Shown: positions 8,251 through 16,886 of the stretch, in pieces
Layout: every line of letters starts with the position of its first letter
How positions within the stretch are numbered: position 1 is the stretch's first letter
NCBI GenBank assembly: GCA_963830165.1
Contig: CAWHKZ010000004.1
Span: 37,722 to 101,721, forward strand
Reading direction: 5' to 3'
DNA from: an uncultured Acidimicrobiaceae bacterium
GTDB lineage: Bacteria; Actinomycetota; Acidimicrobiia; Acidimicrobiales; RAAP-2
DNA: 64,000 nucleotides
The notes under the pieces: model-generated
The model's database searches: none
Told to the model about the DNA's origin: nothing
Seen by the model: only the letters and a program-made list of their open reading frames with translations
Program-made: the position numbers and the translations under genes

Positions 8251-9975
8251 ATGCACCGATCATCATCGAAGCCGTCACGGGCCCGTGCGGCAGGTCTCCT
8301 GGCTGCCGTCGTCGTCCTGGTGACGGTGGCCGTCGGCACGTCGGCGTGCAGTTCGGCGGACGCTCCTCCCCCCGGCCGACCGCAGACCGTCCAGTTCCTG
8401 CCCGGCAACGGCAGCGCGCTCATCGCGTGGAAGGCACCGGGCGGCGGCGGACCCGATGCCGCCACGAGCTATGTCGCCACCGCCAGCCCCGGAGGCCGCC
8501 GCTGCACCGCGACCACGAAGCTCCGCTGCCTCATCTCCGGCCTGACCAACGGCAGGCCGTACACGGTGTCGCTCCGCGCCGTCGGCCCCGGCGGTCCGGG
8601 TGCCGCGGTCACCGGGACCCTCACCGTCGGCACCCCCTGGGCACCGGGACTGGTCGAGGGATCGCCGGGCGACTCGACGGTGACGGTCGGGTGGTACGCG
8701 CCGCTGTCGCCGGGCGCCCCGATCAGCACCTACACCGTGACCGCCGAGCCGGGACTCGAGACGTGCCAGACGTCGGGCACGTCGTGCACCGTCAACGGAC
8801 TCACCAACGACGACGCCTACACCTTCACCGTGGTCGCCACCAACGTCTTCGGGACGGGGGCCAAGTCGGGGGCCAGCGCCCCGTACACCCCGTCGTCCCT
8901 GGCCGGAGGCTCCCCCGGCATCGTCTACCTGGGCCCGGTCAACGCCAACGAGGAGACGGCGACCGGCACCATCCTCCAGCGCGATGCCGGCATCAGCGTG
9001 GCCCTGCCCAACGGCCGCGACCTGTGGATCTTCGGCGACACGTCATCCTTCTCGGCGGACTCCGACGAGTCGAACGCCTTCATCGGCGGGAGCACGGCGG
9101 CCAAGGGGAAGTACGTCCCCGGTGAGTCGCCCGACGCCCTCAAGGACGTCCAGCCCGCCGGCTCGGGCGTCGCCCCGGCCGACGCCCCTCCCTCGCAGTT
9201 CATCCCCACCCCGACGGACACCTACATGCCCGACGGCACCGGACGGGCGTGCACGCCGGCCAACGGGGCCGTCTACACCGCACGCTGGCCGACGGGCGCG
9301 GCCCTGCTCGACAACCCGTCCGACCTGCTCGTCACCTACACCGACGTGTGCGTGACGTCGGCCACCAGCTTCACCGTGGAGGGCTGGGGCTTCATGATCT
9401 ACGCCTGGAAGGGCAGCAAGATCAAGGACGGACCGTATGACGTCTTCCCGCCGGCCGCATCCGGGGCCCCGCTGGCCGCCTCGCAGACCTACCAGTCCCC
9501 CATCGTCTCCAACGGCCAGGTGACCCTGTTCACCTCGGAGTGCACGGAGCTGTTCATCGCCTGTACGGCGGGCGGCGTCACGGCCACGACCGTCCCCGAG
9601 ACCCTCCAGGCGCTCGCCACCCCCAGCTCGTACTCGGGCCAGACGGCGGTCACCGTCCCGGGCAGCACGTGGATGCCGGTCAACGTCACCGTGGCCGCCT
9701 ACCCGACGGGGCTGCGTCTCATCGAACAGACGTCCATCGGCGGGACCTTCGTCGTCTTCTCCTCGACGTCGCCCACCGGCCCGTGGCGCCCGATGGTCAG
9801 CGGCGTACTGCCCGGCTGCAGCACGACACCACGCGGGTTCTGTTACGCCTTCGTCGGCCACCCGGAGCTCGGCAGCCAGACCAGCCTGGTCGTGTCGTAC
9901 TTCAAGCCGGACTCGCCGGAGAACGCCAACGTCGGCCACGTCGACCTGGCCGCCGTGCCCACCCCGGCCGGCTGA
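8251..9975 (+). CDS. Lipoprotein with two fibronectin type III domains and a C-terminal DUF4185-like domain
   Basis: MHRSSSKPSRARAAGLLAAVVVLVTVAVGTSAC is a signal peptide plus lipobox. There are two FN3-like units (GRPQTVQFLPGNGSALIAWKAP...GRPYTVSLRAV and GAPISTYTVTAEP...DDAYTFTVVATN). The C-terminal domain carries DLWIFGDTS. GGGGGA precedes the ATG at 8251. Confidence 0.8.
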   Translation: MHRSSSKPSRARAAGLLAAVVVLVTVAVGTSACSSADAPPPGRPQTVQFLPGNGSALIAWKAPGGGGPDAATSYVATASPGGRRCTATTKLRCLISGLTNGRPYTVSLRAVGPGGPGAAVTGTLTVGTPWAPGLVEGSPGDSTVTVGWYAPLSPGAPISTYTVTAEPGLETCQTSGTSCTVNGLTNDDAYTFTVVATNVFGTGAKSGASAPYTPSSLAGGSPGIVYLGPVNANEETATGTILQRDAGISVALPNGRDLWIFGDTSSFSADSDESNAFIGGSTAAKGKYVPGESPDALKDVQPAGSGVAPADAPPSQFIPTPTDTYMPDGTGRACTPANGAVYTARWPTGAALLDNPSDLLVTYTDVCVTSATSFTVEGWGFMIYAWKGSKIKDGPYDVFPPAASGAPLAASQTYQSPIVSNGQVTLFTSECTELFIACTAGGVTATTVPETLQALATPSSYSGQTAVTVPGSTWMPVNVTVAAYPTGLRLIEQTSIGGTFVVFSSTSPTGPWRPMVSGVLPGCSTTPRGFCYAFVGHPELGSQTSLVVSYFKPDSPENANVGHVDLAAVPTPAG

Positions 9976-9996
9976 CGCCGCCAACGCGGCCGCCGT

Positions 9997-10632
9997 TCAC
10001 CCGGGCAGCGTGTAGGAGTTCTCGTACTCGTCCTGGAGGACGGTGGCGACCGTGGCGGTCGTGTCGACGACCAGCTCCTCGTCGAGGACACGGGTGCGGA
10101 AGGACCAGCCGTCGGGCATGGCCAGCCGGGCCCCCAGGTCGGGCAGCGTCTCCTCGGCCATCGAGGGATCGACGCCGAGGCACAGGGCCTGCATGACGAA
10201 GGCCTTCCCGTCGGGGGCGACGAGCTCGTAGACGGGCCTGCCCGCGTCGTAGAAGAACACCGCGCCCCGGTCCACCTTCACCTCGGTGTACGGACCGGGC
10301 ACCGGCCGGTCCCCGAGGTCGATGACGGCGAGGCGGCGCATCAGGATCCCGTTGAACTCGCGCAGCACCGGCTCCAGGGTGTTCACCTTCGTGCCGATGC
10401 CGTCGATGGTCCACCGCCGGGGACCGTTCAGCTTGACCACCACCGCCTCCATCTCCCCGGCGATGGTGTCGGCGTCGAGACCGTCCCACAGGTCCTGGGG
10501 GCAGTCGTTCAGGAACTGGGTGCCGAAGACCTCGGCCTCGAAGCGGCCGTCACGCAGGAAGGCGCAGATGACCTCTCCGTAGCGGAGACCACGGACATCG
10601 GAGATGAGACGGGGGGTGTCGGTCGTGGACAT
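9997..10632 (-). CDS. Hypothetical protein
   Basis: ORF of 211 aa with ordinary globular composition, not the Arg/Gly/Pro bias of spurious frames. No family recognised. Confidence 0.7.
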   Translation of the reverse strand: MSTTDTPRLISDVRGLRYGEVICAFLRDGRFEAEVFGTQFLNDCPQDLWDGLDADTIAGEMEAVVVKLNGPRRWTIDGIGTKVNTLEPVLREFNGILMRRLAVIDLGDRPVPGPYTEVKVDRGAVFFYDAGRPVYELVAPDGKAFVMQALCLGVDPSMAEETLPDLGARLAMPDGWSFRTRVLDEELVVDTTATVATVLQDEYENSYTLPG

Positions 10633-10714
10633 CGGGGTGCCTTCCTGCCGTCGGGTGCTCGGTCAAACTCTAGTCACACCAACTGACAGATTGCCGACCC
10701 GGCTCCGGACGCCC

Positions 10715-12412
10715 CTACTGGAGCTCCAGGCTGAGCGGCGCCACGACCTTCACCTTGCCCACCGCGGTGACCTCGGTCACCGACACCTTGAACGAGTACA
10801 CCCCGGCACTGTCCCTCTTGGAGGGTGTCCCGCTGATGACCCCCGAGCTGCTCACCTTCAGCCCCCGGGGCAACCCGGCCCCCTTCTTCCAGAGCAGCGG
10901 CGCCGCCGCTCCCGAGGCCGTGAGCTGGTACGAATAGGGCACGTCCGGGGTGCCGTTCGGGAGGTCGGTGCTGGTCACCACCGGGCCGGTCACCGTCAGC
11001 CGGAGGGTGCCGGAGGACGCCGGGGCCACCCCGTTCGACGCCGTGACCACCACGGTGTAGGTGCCGATCTTGCTGGGCTCGCCGGTGAGCGTGCCGGTCA
11101 CGGGATCGATGGTCACGCCGTTCGGGGCGCCCGTCTCCGTGAAGGTCGGCAGCGGACTGCCGGTCGACGTGACGGCCGCCGTTCCCGACAGCCCGAAGGT
11201 GAAGGCGGCCGTCGGCGGCACGGTGACGGTCGGGGCCTCGAGGTCGGACTCGCCCAGGGTCTGGAGCAGGCCGGCCCCGGTCTCCTCGGAACCGGTGGCC
11301 ACGCACGCCGTCCCCACGCAGCCGACCCCCTGGAGCGAGTTCCCGTAGAGGCCGGGCTCCGGGGTCGTGACCACCGCCCAGGGGGCGCCCGACGACGCCT
11401 CGACCAGGCCCTGCTCGATGCCGCCGGAGGTGGTCGAGTAGCCGACGGCCGTGCAGCCGCCGGTCCCGCAGGACACCGCCTGCAGCTCGTCGTCGCCGGT
11501 GGTCGGATCGGGACTGGAGGCCGCGGACCACGTCGACCCGCTCCACGTCTCGACCAGCGTCTGCTCGGCGGTCCCGCCCACCGCGTAGGCACCGCCCACC
11601 GCGGTACACGCCGAGGCCGAGGTGCACGACACGCCGTTCAGCGCGTTGGGCAGCTTGGCGGTCGTGTCCGGACTCGTCACCACGGACCAGGCCGAGCCAC
11701 CCCAGGCCTCGACCAGGGTCTGCTCGGCGCCCGAGCCGTCCACGTCGTACCCGACCGCCGTGCACGACGCCGTGGTCGGGCACGAGACCGCGGCCAGGCT
11801 GTCCGCGGCCGTGCCGGCCACCTCGGGGCTCGGCGTCAACGTCCAGGAGCTGCCGTTCCAGGTCTCGACGACGGTGACCGACCCCGTGGACGTCGCCGCC
11901 GAGCCGACGGCCACGCAGGAGGTGGTCGAGCTGCAGGACACGCCGGACAGGCTGTTGGGAAAGACGGTGCTGGTGTCCGGGGTCGAGACGATCGCCCACG
12001 TGGTGCCGTTCCAACGCTCGGCCAGCGTCTGGAGGTAGCCGGTGGTGCTCGTGGCCGAGCCCACGGCCATGCAGGAGCTGGCCGCGGCGCACGAGACCCC
12101 GTAGAGCGTGTCGGCGAGGGTCGGCGAGGTGTCGGGGCTCGACACCTTCGACCACGCGGTGCCGTTCCACGACTCGACGAGGGTCTGGGCCACCCCCGTG
12201 GACGTGGTCGAGTTGCCGACGGCCACGCAGTCACCACCGGACACGCACGTGTCGGCGTTGAGGACGTTGGTCAGGGTGGCGGACGTGTCGGGGGTGGCGG
12301 ACACGGACCACGCGGCGGGTGACGAGGCGGCGGCCCCCGGTACCGGGCTCACCACCTGCGCGGCCGCACACGCAACGACGGCCAGCGCGGCCGCGTACCG
12401 CAAGCACTTCAT
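10715..12412 (-). CDS. Secreted protein with seven ~48-aa Cys-pair repeats (probable beta-propeller) plus two 'putative Ig' (He_PIG-like) domains
   Basis: The signal peptide is MKCLRYAAALAVVACAAAQV. There are seven units of the form W..V.SPD....L..VSC....C.AVG......G...TLVE.WNG. They are followed by VTIDPVTGTLTGEPSKIGTYTVVVTA and LKVSSSGVISGTPSKRDSAGVYSFKVSV. The ATG at 12412 is an internal Met of ORF 10715..12778. Confidence 0.8.
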   Translation of the reverse strand: MKCLRYAAALAVVACAAAQVVSPVPGAAASSPAAWSVSATPDTSATLTNVLNADTCVSGGDCVAVGNSTTSTGVAQTLVESWNGTAWSKVSSPDTSPTLADTLYGVSCAAASSCMAVGSATSTTGYLQTLAERWNGTTWAIVSTPDTSTVFPNSLSGVSCSSTTSCVAVGSAATSTGSVTVVETWNGSSWTLTPSPEVAGTAADSLAAVSCPTTASCTAVGYDVDGSGAEQTLVEAWGGSAWSVVTSPDTTAKLPNALNGVSCTSASACTAVGGAYAVGGTAEQTLVETWSGSTWSAASSPDPTTGDDELQAVSCGTGGCTAVGYSTTSGGIEQGLVEASSGAPWAVVTTPEPGLYGNSLQGVGCVGTACVATGSEETGAGLLQTLGESDLEAPTVTVPPTAAFTFGLSGTAAVTSTGSPLPTFTETGAPNGVTIDPVTGTLTGEPSKIGTYTVVVTASNGVAPASSGTLRLTVTGPVVTSTDLPNGTPDVPYSYQLTASGAAAPLLWKKGAGLPRGLKVSSSGVISGTPSKRDSAGVYSFKVSVTEVTAVGKVKVVAPLSLELQ

Positions 12413-12659
12413 GTCGTTCCGGCCCCCCTGATGCGTGCACCCCGAAGCGCACTTCGATTCCCCGACGTGATTCCTACCAAACGGATCGGGCACGGACAAC
12501 AGGTTGCGGCCACTTTTCCGCGACTCGGCGTTGCCGATCGGCGGGGCTCGGTGACATCCATGTGTGATCGGTGACAGGTCGGTGACGAAGCGTGGCGGCG
12601 CCGCAGCGGAACGCCCCGGGTCCCAGCACCTCGGCCCGCCGCCGCGGAAGAATGGCGGT

Positions 12660-13622
12660 GTGGACGAATTCGTGGTGGCCCGGAACCCGGACGAGGGCTC
12701 GGCCCTGCCGTTCCTGGTCAAGCTCCCGCTGCGCGACGAGGGGATCGTCCTCAAGGTACGCGAGGTCTGGCCGCGCACGGCGAAGGTCTACTGCCACCCC
12801 TCGACCGACTGGCCCGAACGGCCGGACGTCGTCGAGCGCGTACCCGTCCGCTCGTGCGTGCGTCGGGGTGCCGCGATCGACCTGGTCCTGGAACGCGGCA
12901 GGGAGAACCGCTCGCAGTTCGTCTTCACGCGGGCCCGGGGCCGCGACGTCATCTTCTGGCAGAGCGCCCGGACGGCCAGGCAGGCCCGTCCGAATGTCGC
13001 GCTGCCCCAGCAGCGGGCCTCGGGGCGGATCCTCGAGATCCTCGTCGACAGTCGGGAGCGGTACCCGTGGACGTTCGGCGGACAGCAGGCGACGACCCGT
13101 CGGGCGGCGCTTCCCGCCGGGGACTACGCCGTCGCCGTCGACGACGAGGTCATCTGTTCGGTCGAGCGCAAGAGCCTCGCCGACCTGGCCACCACCGTCT
13201 CCACCGGCAAGCTCCGCTACGTGCTGGCCGACCTGTGCACGATCCCCCTGTCGGCCGTCGTCGTGGAGGACCGGTACTCCGCGATCTTCAAACTGCGGCA
13301 CGTGCGTGGCGCGGTGCTCGCCGAGGCGCTGGCCACCGCCCAGGTGGCCTACCCCTCGGTACCCGTGGTCTTCTGCGAGACCCGACCCCTCGCCCAGGAG
13401 TGGGCCTACCGGTTCCTCGGCGCAGCCGTCGCGCACCATGTCGACGACACGTCCGCCGCACCGCTCGCCGACGGGCTCCCCGCCGGCGGTCCACTCGGTC
13501 CGCCTCCTCCGACGGCCGGCGAGATCCGCCGGTGGGCGATCGTCAACGGGTTCGAGCTGTCCACCCGGGGACGCATCCCGAAGGTCGTGGCCGAGGCGTA
13601 CGAAGCCCGTCGGGAGGTGTGA
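12660..13622 (+). CDS. ERCC4 (XPF/Mus81/Hef-type) nuclease domain protein with a C-terminal Lsr2-type DNA-binding domain
   Basis: ILVDSRERYPW...AGDYAVAVDDEVICSVERKSLADLATTVSTGKLRYVL fits the ERCC4 signature (D-x-R-E ... G-D-Y ... E-R-K-x3-D). The tail TAGEIRRWAIVNGFELSTRGRIPKVVAEAYEARRE matches the Lsr2 C-terminal RGR(IP) domain. The GTG at 12660 is preceded by GGAAG. The N-terminal ~115 aa are unassigned. Confidence 0.75.
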   Translation: MDEFVVARNPDEGSALPFLVKLPLRDEGIVLKVREVWPRTAKVYCHPSTDWPERPDVVERVPVRSCVRRGAAIDLVLERGRENRSQFVFTRARGRDVIFWQSARTARQARPNVALPQQRASGRILEILVDSRERYPWTFGGQQATTRRAALPAGDYAVAVDDEVICSVERKSLADLATTVSTGKLRYVLADLCTIPLSAVVVEDRYSAIFKLRHVRGAVLAEALATAQVAYPSVPVVFCETRPLAQEWAYRFLGAAVAHHVDDTSAAPLADGLPAGGPLGPPPPTAGEIRRWAIVNGFELSTRGRIPKVVAEAYEARREV

Positions 13623-13686
13623 TCCGGACCCGCAGGGCCTGGAACCGTCGTCAGGTCGACTCCCCCACCGCGCCGGCTCCCGCTGG

Positions 13687-14784
13687 TCACCCGGACGCCG
13701 GGCTTCCCGGTCGTCCGTCCGACGGCGGGTCGTCGTCGGCGTAGACGTCGATCTGGGTGGCCTTGACCGAGGCCCACACGGGAGCACCCTCGGTGAGCCC
13801 GAGGGTGGCCAGGGAGACGGTCGTGATCTCGGCGGCCATCCTGATCGGTGCGTCCAGGAGGATCCGGACCCGGTCCCCCAACGGGTGGACCTCGGCCACG
13901 CGCGTCGGCCACGTGTTGCTCGGGCTGCCCGCCGGCGGGTCGGGGTAGAGGGCGATGTCCCGGGGAGCGATCACGGCCAGCACGTCACCCGTCGCCGGGC
14001 TCGCCGTCCGGAGGGCCGTGTCACCGTCCAGGACCAGCACGCACCCGCTCGCCCTGGCCCTCAGGAGGTTGAGGCCGGCCAACTCGGCGACGAACCCGGT
14101 ACGGGGTCGGGAGCTCATCGCCTCGAGGGTGCCCTCCTGGACGACGGCGCCGTCCTCGAGGATGACGAGTCGGTCGGCGACGGCGGCGGCGTCCAGCGGG
14201 TCGTGGGTGACCATGACGCAGGCTCCGCCGAACTCCCGGAGGTGACGGCGCAGCACGTGCCGCACCGAGCCCCGTTGGCCCACGTCCAGGGCGGACATCG
14301 GTTCGTCGAGCAGGAGCAGACGCGGGTCGACCGCCAGGGCCCGGGCCAGGGCGACCCGCTGCGCCTGGCCACCCGAGAGGTGGCCCGGTTTCGCCGACGC
14401 CTGGTCGGCCACACCCATCGTGTCGAGCCAGGCCCGTGCCCGCCGGTTCGCGTCGACCTTGCCGACTCCCCGACTGCGCAGGCCGAAGGCCACGTTGGCC
14501 TGGGCGCTCATGTGGGGGAAGAGCAGGTAGTCCTGGAAGACGACCCCACAGGGTCGTCGCTCGGGCGGCACCAGGATCCCGTCGCGGGGATCGTCGAGGA
14601 CGCGGCCGTCGACCTCGATCCGGCCGGAGCACAGCGGCTGGACGCCGGCCAGCGCCCGGAGCAGCGTCGACTTGCCGCTGCCGTTCGGGCCGAGCACGGC
14701 CACGACCTCGCCGTCGGCCACCTCGAGCGCCACCCGCTCCGAGAAGTCGCCCATCGTCACCTGCACATCGGCCACCAGGCTCAC
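13687..14784 (-). CDS. modC: Molybdate ABC transporter ATP-binding protein
   Basis: Walker A (GPNGSGKST), LSGGQ and Walker B (LLLLDEP) are present, followed by a C-terminal TOBE-like domain. The GTG at 14784 overlaps the modB stop (GTGA). An alternative ATG lies at 14805. Confidence 0.9.
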   Translation of the reverse strand: MSLVADVQVTMGDFSERVALEVADGEVVAVLGPNGSGKSTLLRALAGVQPLCSGRIEVDGRVLDDPRDGILVPPERRPCGVVFQDYLLFPHMSAQANVAFGLRSRGVGKVDANRRARAWLDTMGVADQASAKPGHLSGGQAQRVALARALAVDPRLLLLDEPMSALDVGQRGSVRHVLRRHLREFGGACVMVTHDPLDAAAVADRLVILEDGAVVQEGTLEAMSSRPRTGFVAELAGLNLLRARASGCVLVLDGDTALRTASPATGDVLAVIAPRDIALYPDPPAGSPSNTWPTRVAEVHPLGDRVRILLDAPIRMAAEITTVSLATLGLTEGAPVWASVKATQIDVYADDDPPSDGRPGSPASG

Positions 14785-15590
14785 GGGACGATGGCTCCCA
14801 GCCATCGTCCCCGCAGGGACACCAGCACCACCAGGGACACGGCCAGGAGGGCCAGGGACAGGGCGATGGCGACCTGCTCGTTGCTCTCGAGGGCCAGGTA
14901 GACGGCGAGCGGGAGGGTCTGGGTGCGGCCCTGGATGTCACCGGCGAAGGTGATGGTGGCGCCGAACTCGCCGAGGGCCCTCGCCCAGGTCAGGGCGGTG
15001 CCGGCCACCAGCGACGACGAGATGAGCGGGAGGGTGACCCGGTGGAACACCCGCCAGCGTCCGGCCCCCAGCGTGGAGGCCGCCTCCTCGTACCGTCCGT
15101 CCATGGTGCGGAGGGCGGCTTCGACGGTGATGACGAGGAACGGCATGGCGACGAAGGTCTCGGCCAGCACCGCACCGGCGGTGCTGAACGTGAGTTGGAT
15201 GCCGAACCAGTCGAACAGGGGACGGCCGAGGAACCCGTCGCGGCCGAAGACCAGCAGCAGCGCGACGCCGCCCACCACCGGGGGCAGGACCATGGGCAGG
15301 ATGGTGAGGGCCCGCACCAGGTCGCGGCCCGGGAACTCGGTCCGGGCCAGCACCCAGGCGAGCGGCAGGCCGAGGACCAGGGACAGACCGGTGGCCGTCA
15401 ACGAGCAGATCAACGAGAGGCGGAGTGCGTCGACGGCGACGGGCGAGGTCAGGTCGACCCACAGGGAGCCCCACGGGGCCCTCGCCAACAGGCCGACCAA
15501 CGGGAGGACCAGGAATCCCACGGCCACCACGGCCACCGCGACCACCGCTACCGGCGGCCGCCGCCGCCGCTCCGACACGAAGGTGGTCAC
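14781..15590 (-). CDS. modB: Molybdate ABC transporter permease
   Basis: ORF of 269 aa with an EAA-type loop (EAALRTMDGRYEEAASTLGAGRWRVFHRVTLP) and the ending FGATITFAGDIQGRTQTLPLAVY typical of ModB. Confidence 0.9.
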   Translation of the reverse strand: MTTFVSERRRRPPVAVVAVAVVAVGFLVLPLVGLLARAPWGSLWVDLTSPVAVDALRLSLICSLTATGLSLVLGLPLAWVLARTEFPGRDLVRALTILPMVLPPVVGGVALLLVFGRDGFLGRPLFDWFGIQLTFSTAGAVLAETFVAMPFLVITVEAALRTMDGRYEEAASTLGAGRWRVFHRVTLPLISSSLVAGTALTWARALGEFGATITFAGDIQGRTQTLPLAVYLALESNEQVAIALSLALLAVSLVVLVSLRGRWLGAIVP

Positions 15591-15596
15591 GCGACG

Positions 15597-16418
15597 TCAG
15601 GACGGCGGCAGGAAGCTGGCCTGTCGGAGGGCCGCCTGGCCGGTCGGGCCGACCACGTAGGCGATCCACGCCTCCGCCAGGGCTCGGTCCGCCGTGCCCT
15701 TGACGATGCCGATCGGGTAGCTCGTGGTGACGTTCTGGGACGCCGGGACGGGGACGGCCACGCCCTGGCTCCCCACCGTCTTGGCGTTGGTGACGTAGAC
15801 GATGGCGGCATCGGCGTCACCGGTGGTCACCTCGGCGAAGGTGGCGTCCACGTTCTCGCCCAGGGACACCTGGGAGACGGGAAGCGTCACGTGGGCCTTG
15901 GCCAGGGCCTCCCGCGCCGTCGAGCCGCACGGGGCCGTGGTCACGCACAGGGCCACGACGGGTGCCTTGGTCAGGTCGGCCAGGGAGTGGATCCCGAGCG
16001 GATTGCCCGGCTTGACCACGATCTCGAGGCTGTTGCGGGCGAAGGTCACCGGGGTACCGCTGATGTCACCGGCCTGTTGCACCGTGGTCATGTCCCCGGG
16101 AGACGCCGAGGCGAAGACGGCGGCGGGCGCGCCCTGCACGATCTGGGTGGCCAACGTTCCCGACGAACCGAAGTTGAAGGCGACGGTGGCGCCGGGATGC
16201 TCGGCGTGGAACGACGACTCCAGTTGCCCGAAGACAGCCGTGAGCGACGACGCGGCCGACACGGTGATCGAGCCGGTCAGGTCGGCCGTCGTGGCCGCCG
16301 TCGTGGTGGGCGAGCTCGACGCACTGCTGCAGGCCGCGGCAGCCACGGCCACCGCGGCCAGCACGAGCGCTGCGAGGGTCCCGACGGGCCGTCGGTCGGT
16401 GTGGGTGGGGCGGCTCAT
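15597..16418 (-). CDS. modA: Molybdate-binding lipoprotein
   Basis: The lipobox is AAAACSS. ITVSAASSLT...FNFGSSGTLATQI is the ModA signature. Its ATG overlaps the regulator stop (ATGA). Confidence 0.9.
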   Translation of the reverse strand: MSRPTHTDRRPVGTLAALVLAAVAVAAAACSSASSSPTTTAATTADLTGSITVSAASSLTAVFGQLESSFHAEHPGATVAFNFGSSGTLATQIVQGAPAAVFASASPGDMTTVQQAGDISGTPVTFARNSLEIVVKPGNPLGIHSLADLTKAPVVALCVTTAPCGSTAREALAKAHVTLPVSQVSLGENVDATFAEVTTGDADAAIVYVTNAKTVGSQGVAVPVPASQNVTTSYPIGIVKGTADRALAEAWIAYVVGPTGQAALRQASFLPPS

Positions 16419-16813
16419 CCCGGCGTCACCTCCATCATCACGGACGTGGACTTCACCACGGCGGTGGCCAGATCACCTTCTTCGAGGTCGAGGTCGTCGG
16501 CCGCCTCCCGGGTGAGGAGCGAGATGATCCGGAAGCGTCCGGCCCGGAGCTCGATGACGGCGGTGAGCTTGTCCCGCTCCACGCGGGTCACCACCCCGCT
16601 CAGCCGGTTGCGGGCCGACCGCGACGCCAGCTCCTCGGGCAGCGAGCTCTCGTCCTGGTCCCGGACGAACCGGGCCAGCTCCCTGCCGTCCACCATGCGG
16701 TGCCCGCCCTCCGACCGCTCCGTCTCCATCAGACCCTCGTCACACCAACGGCGGACCGTGTCGGTGCTCACTCCGAGGATGTCCGCCAGTTGCCCGATCC
16801 GGTAGAGAGGCAT
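16415..16813 (-). CDS. MerR/excisionase-type HTH plus TOBE (molybdate-binding) domain regulator
   Basis: MPLYRIGQLADILGVSTDTVRRWCDEGL is the HTH. NRLSGVVTRVERDKLTAVIELRAGRFRIISLLTREAADDLDLEEGDLATAVVKSTSVMM is the TOBE/Mop fold. It is the first gene of the mod operon. Confidence 0.8.
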   Translation of the reverse strand: MPLYRIGQLADILGVSTDTVRRWCDEGLMETERSEGGHRMVDGRELARFVRDQDESSLPEELASRSARNRLSGVVTRVERDKLTAVIELRAGRFRIISLLTREAADDLDLEEGDLATAVVKSTSVMMEVTPG

Positions 16814-16860
16814 CGGTCGAACTGTACGAGCGAAGCTCGGAGTTGTATAGATAAATTCCG
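16814..16860 (-). promoter_or_regulatory. Candidate leaderless promoter and operator of the mod operon
   Basis: On the minus strand a TACAGT (TANNNT) box lies 7 nt upstream of the ATG at 16813. An imperfect palindrome centred on CGAGC-GAA-GCTCG (16827-16839) and an unusually AT-rich stretch (GGAATTTATCTATACAAC) lie just upstream. Confidence 0.3.
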
Positions 16861-16886
16861 GCTAGCCCCCAGTAGCCGCGGGCCGT

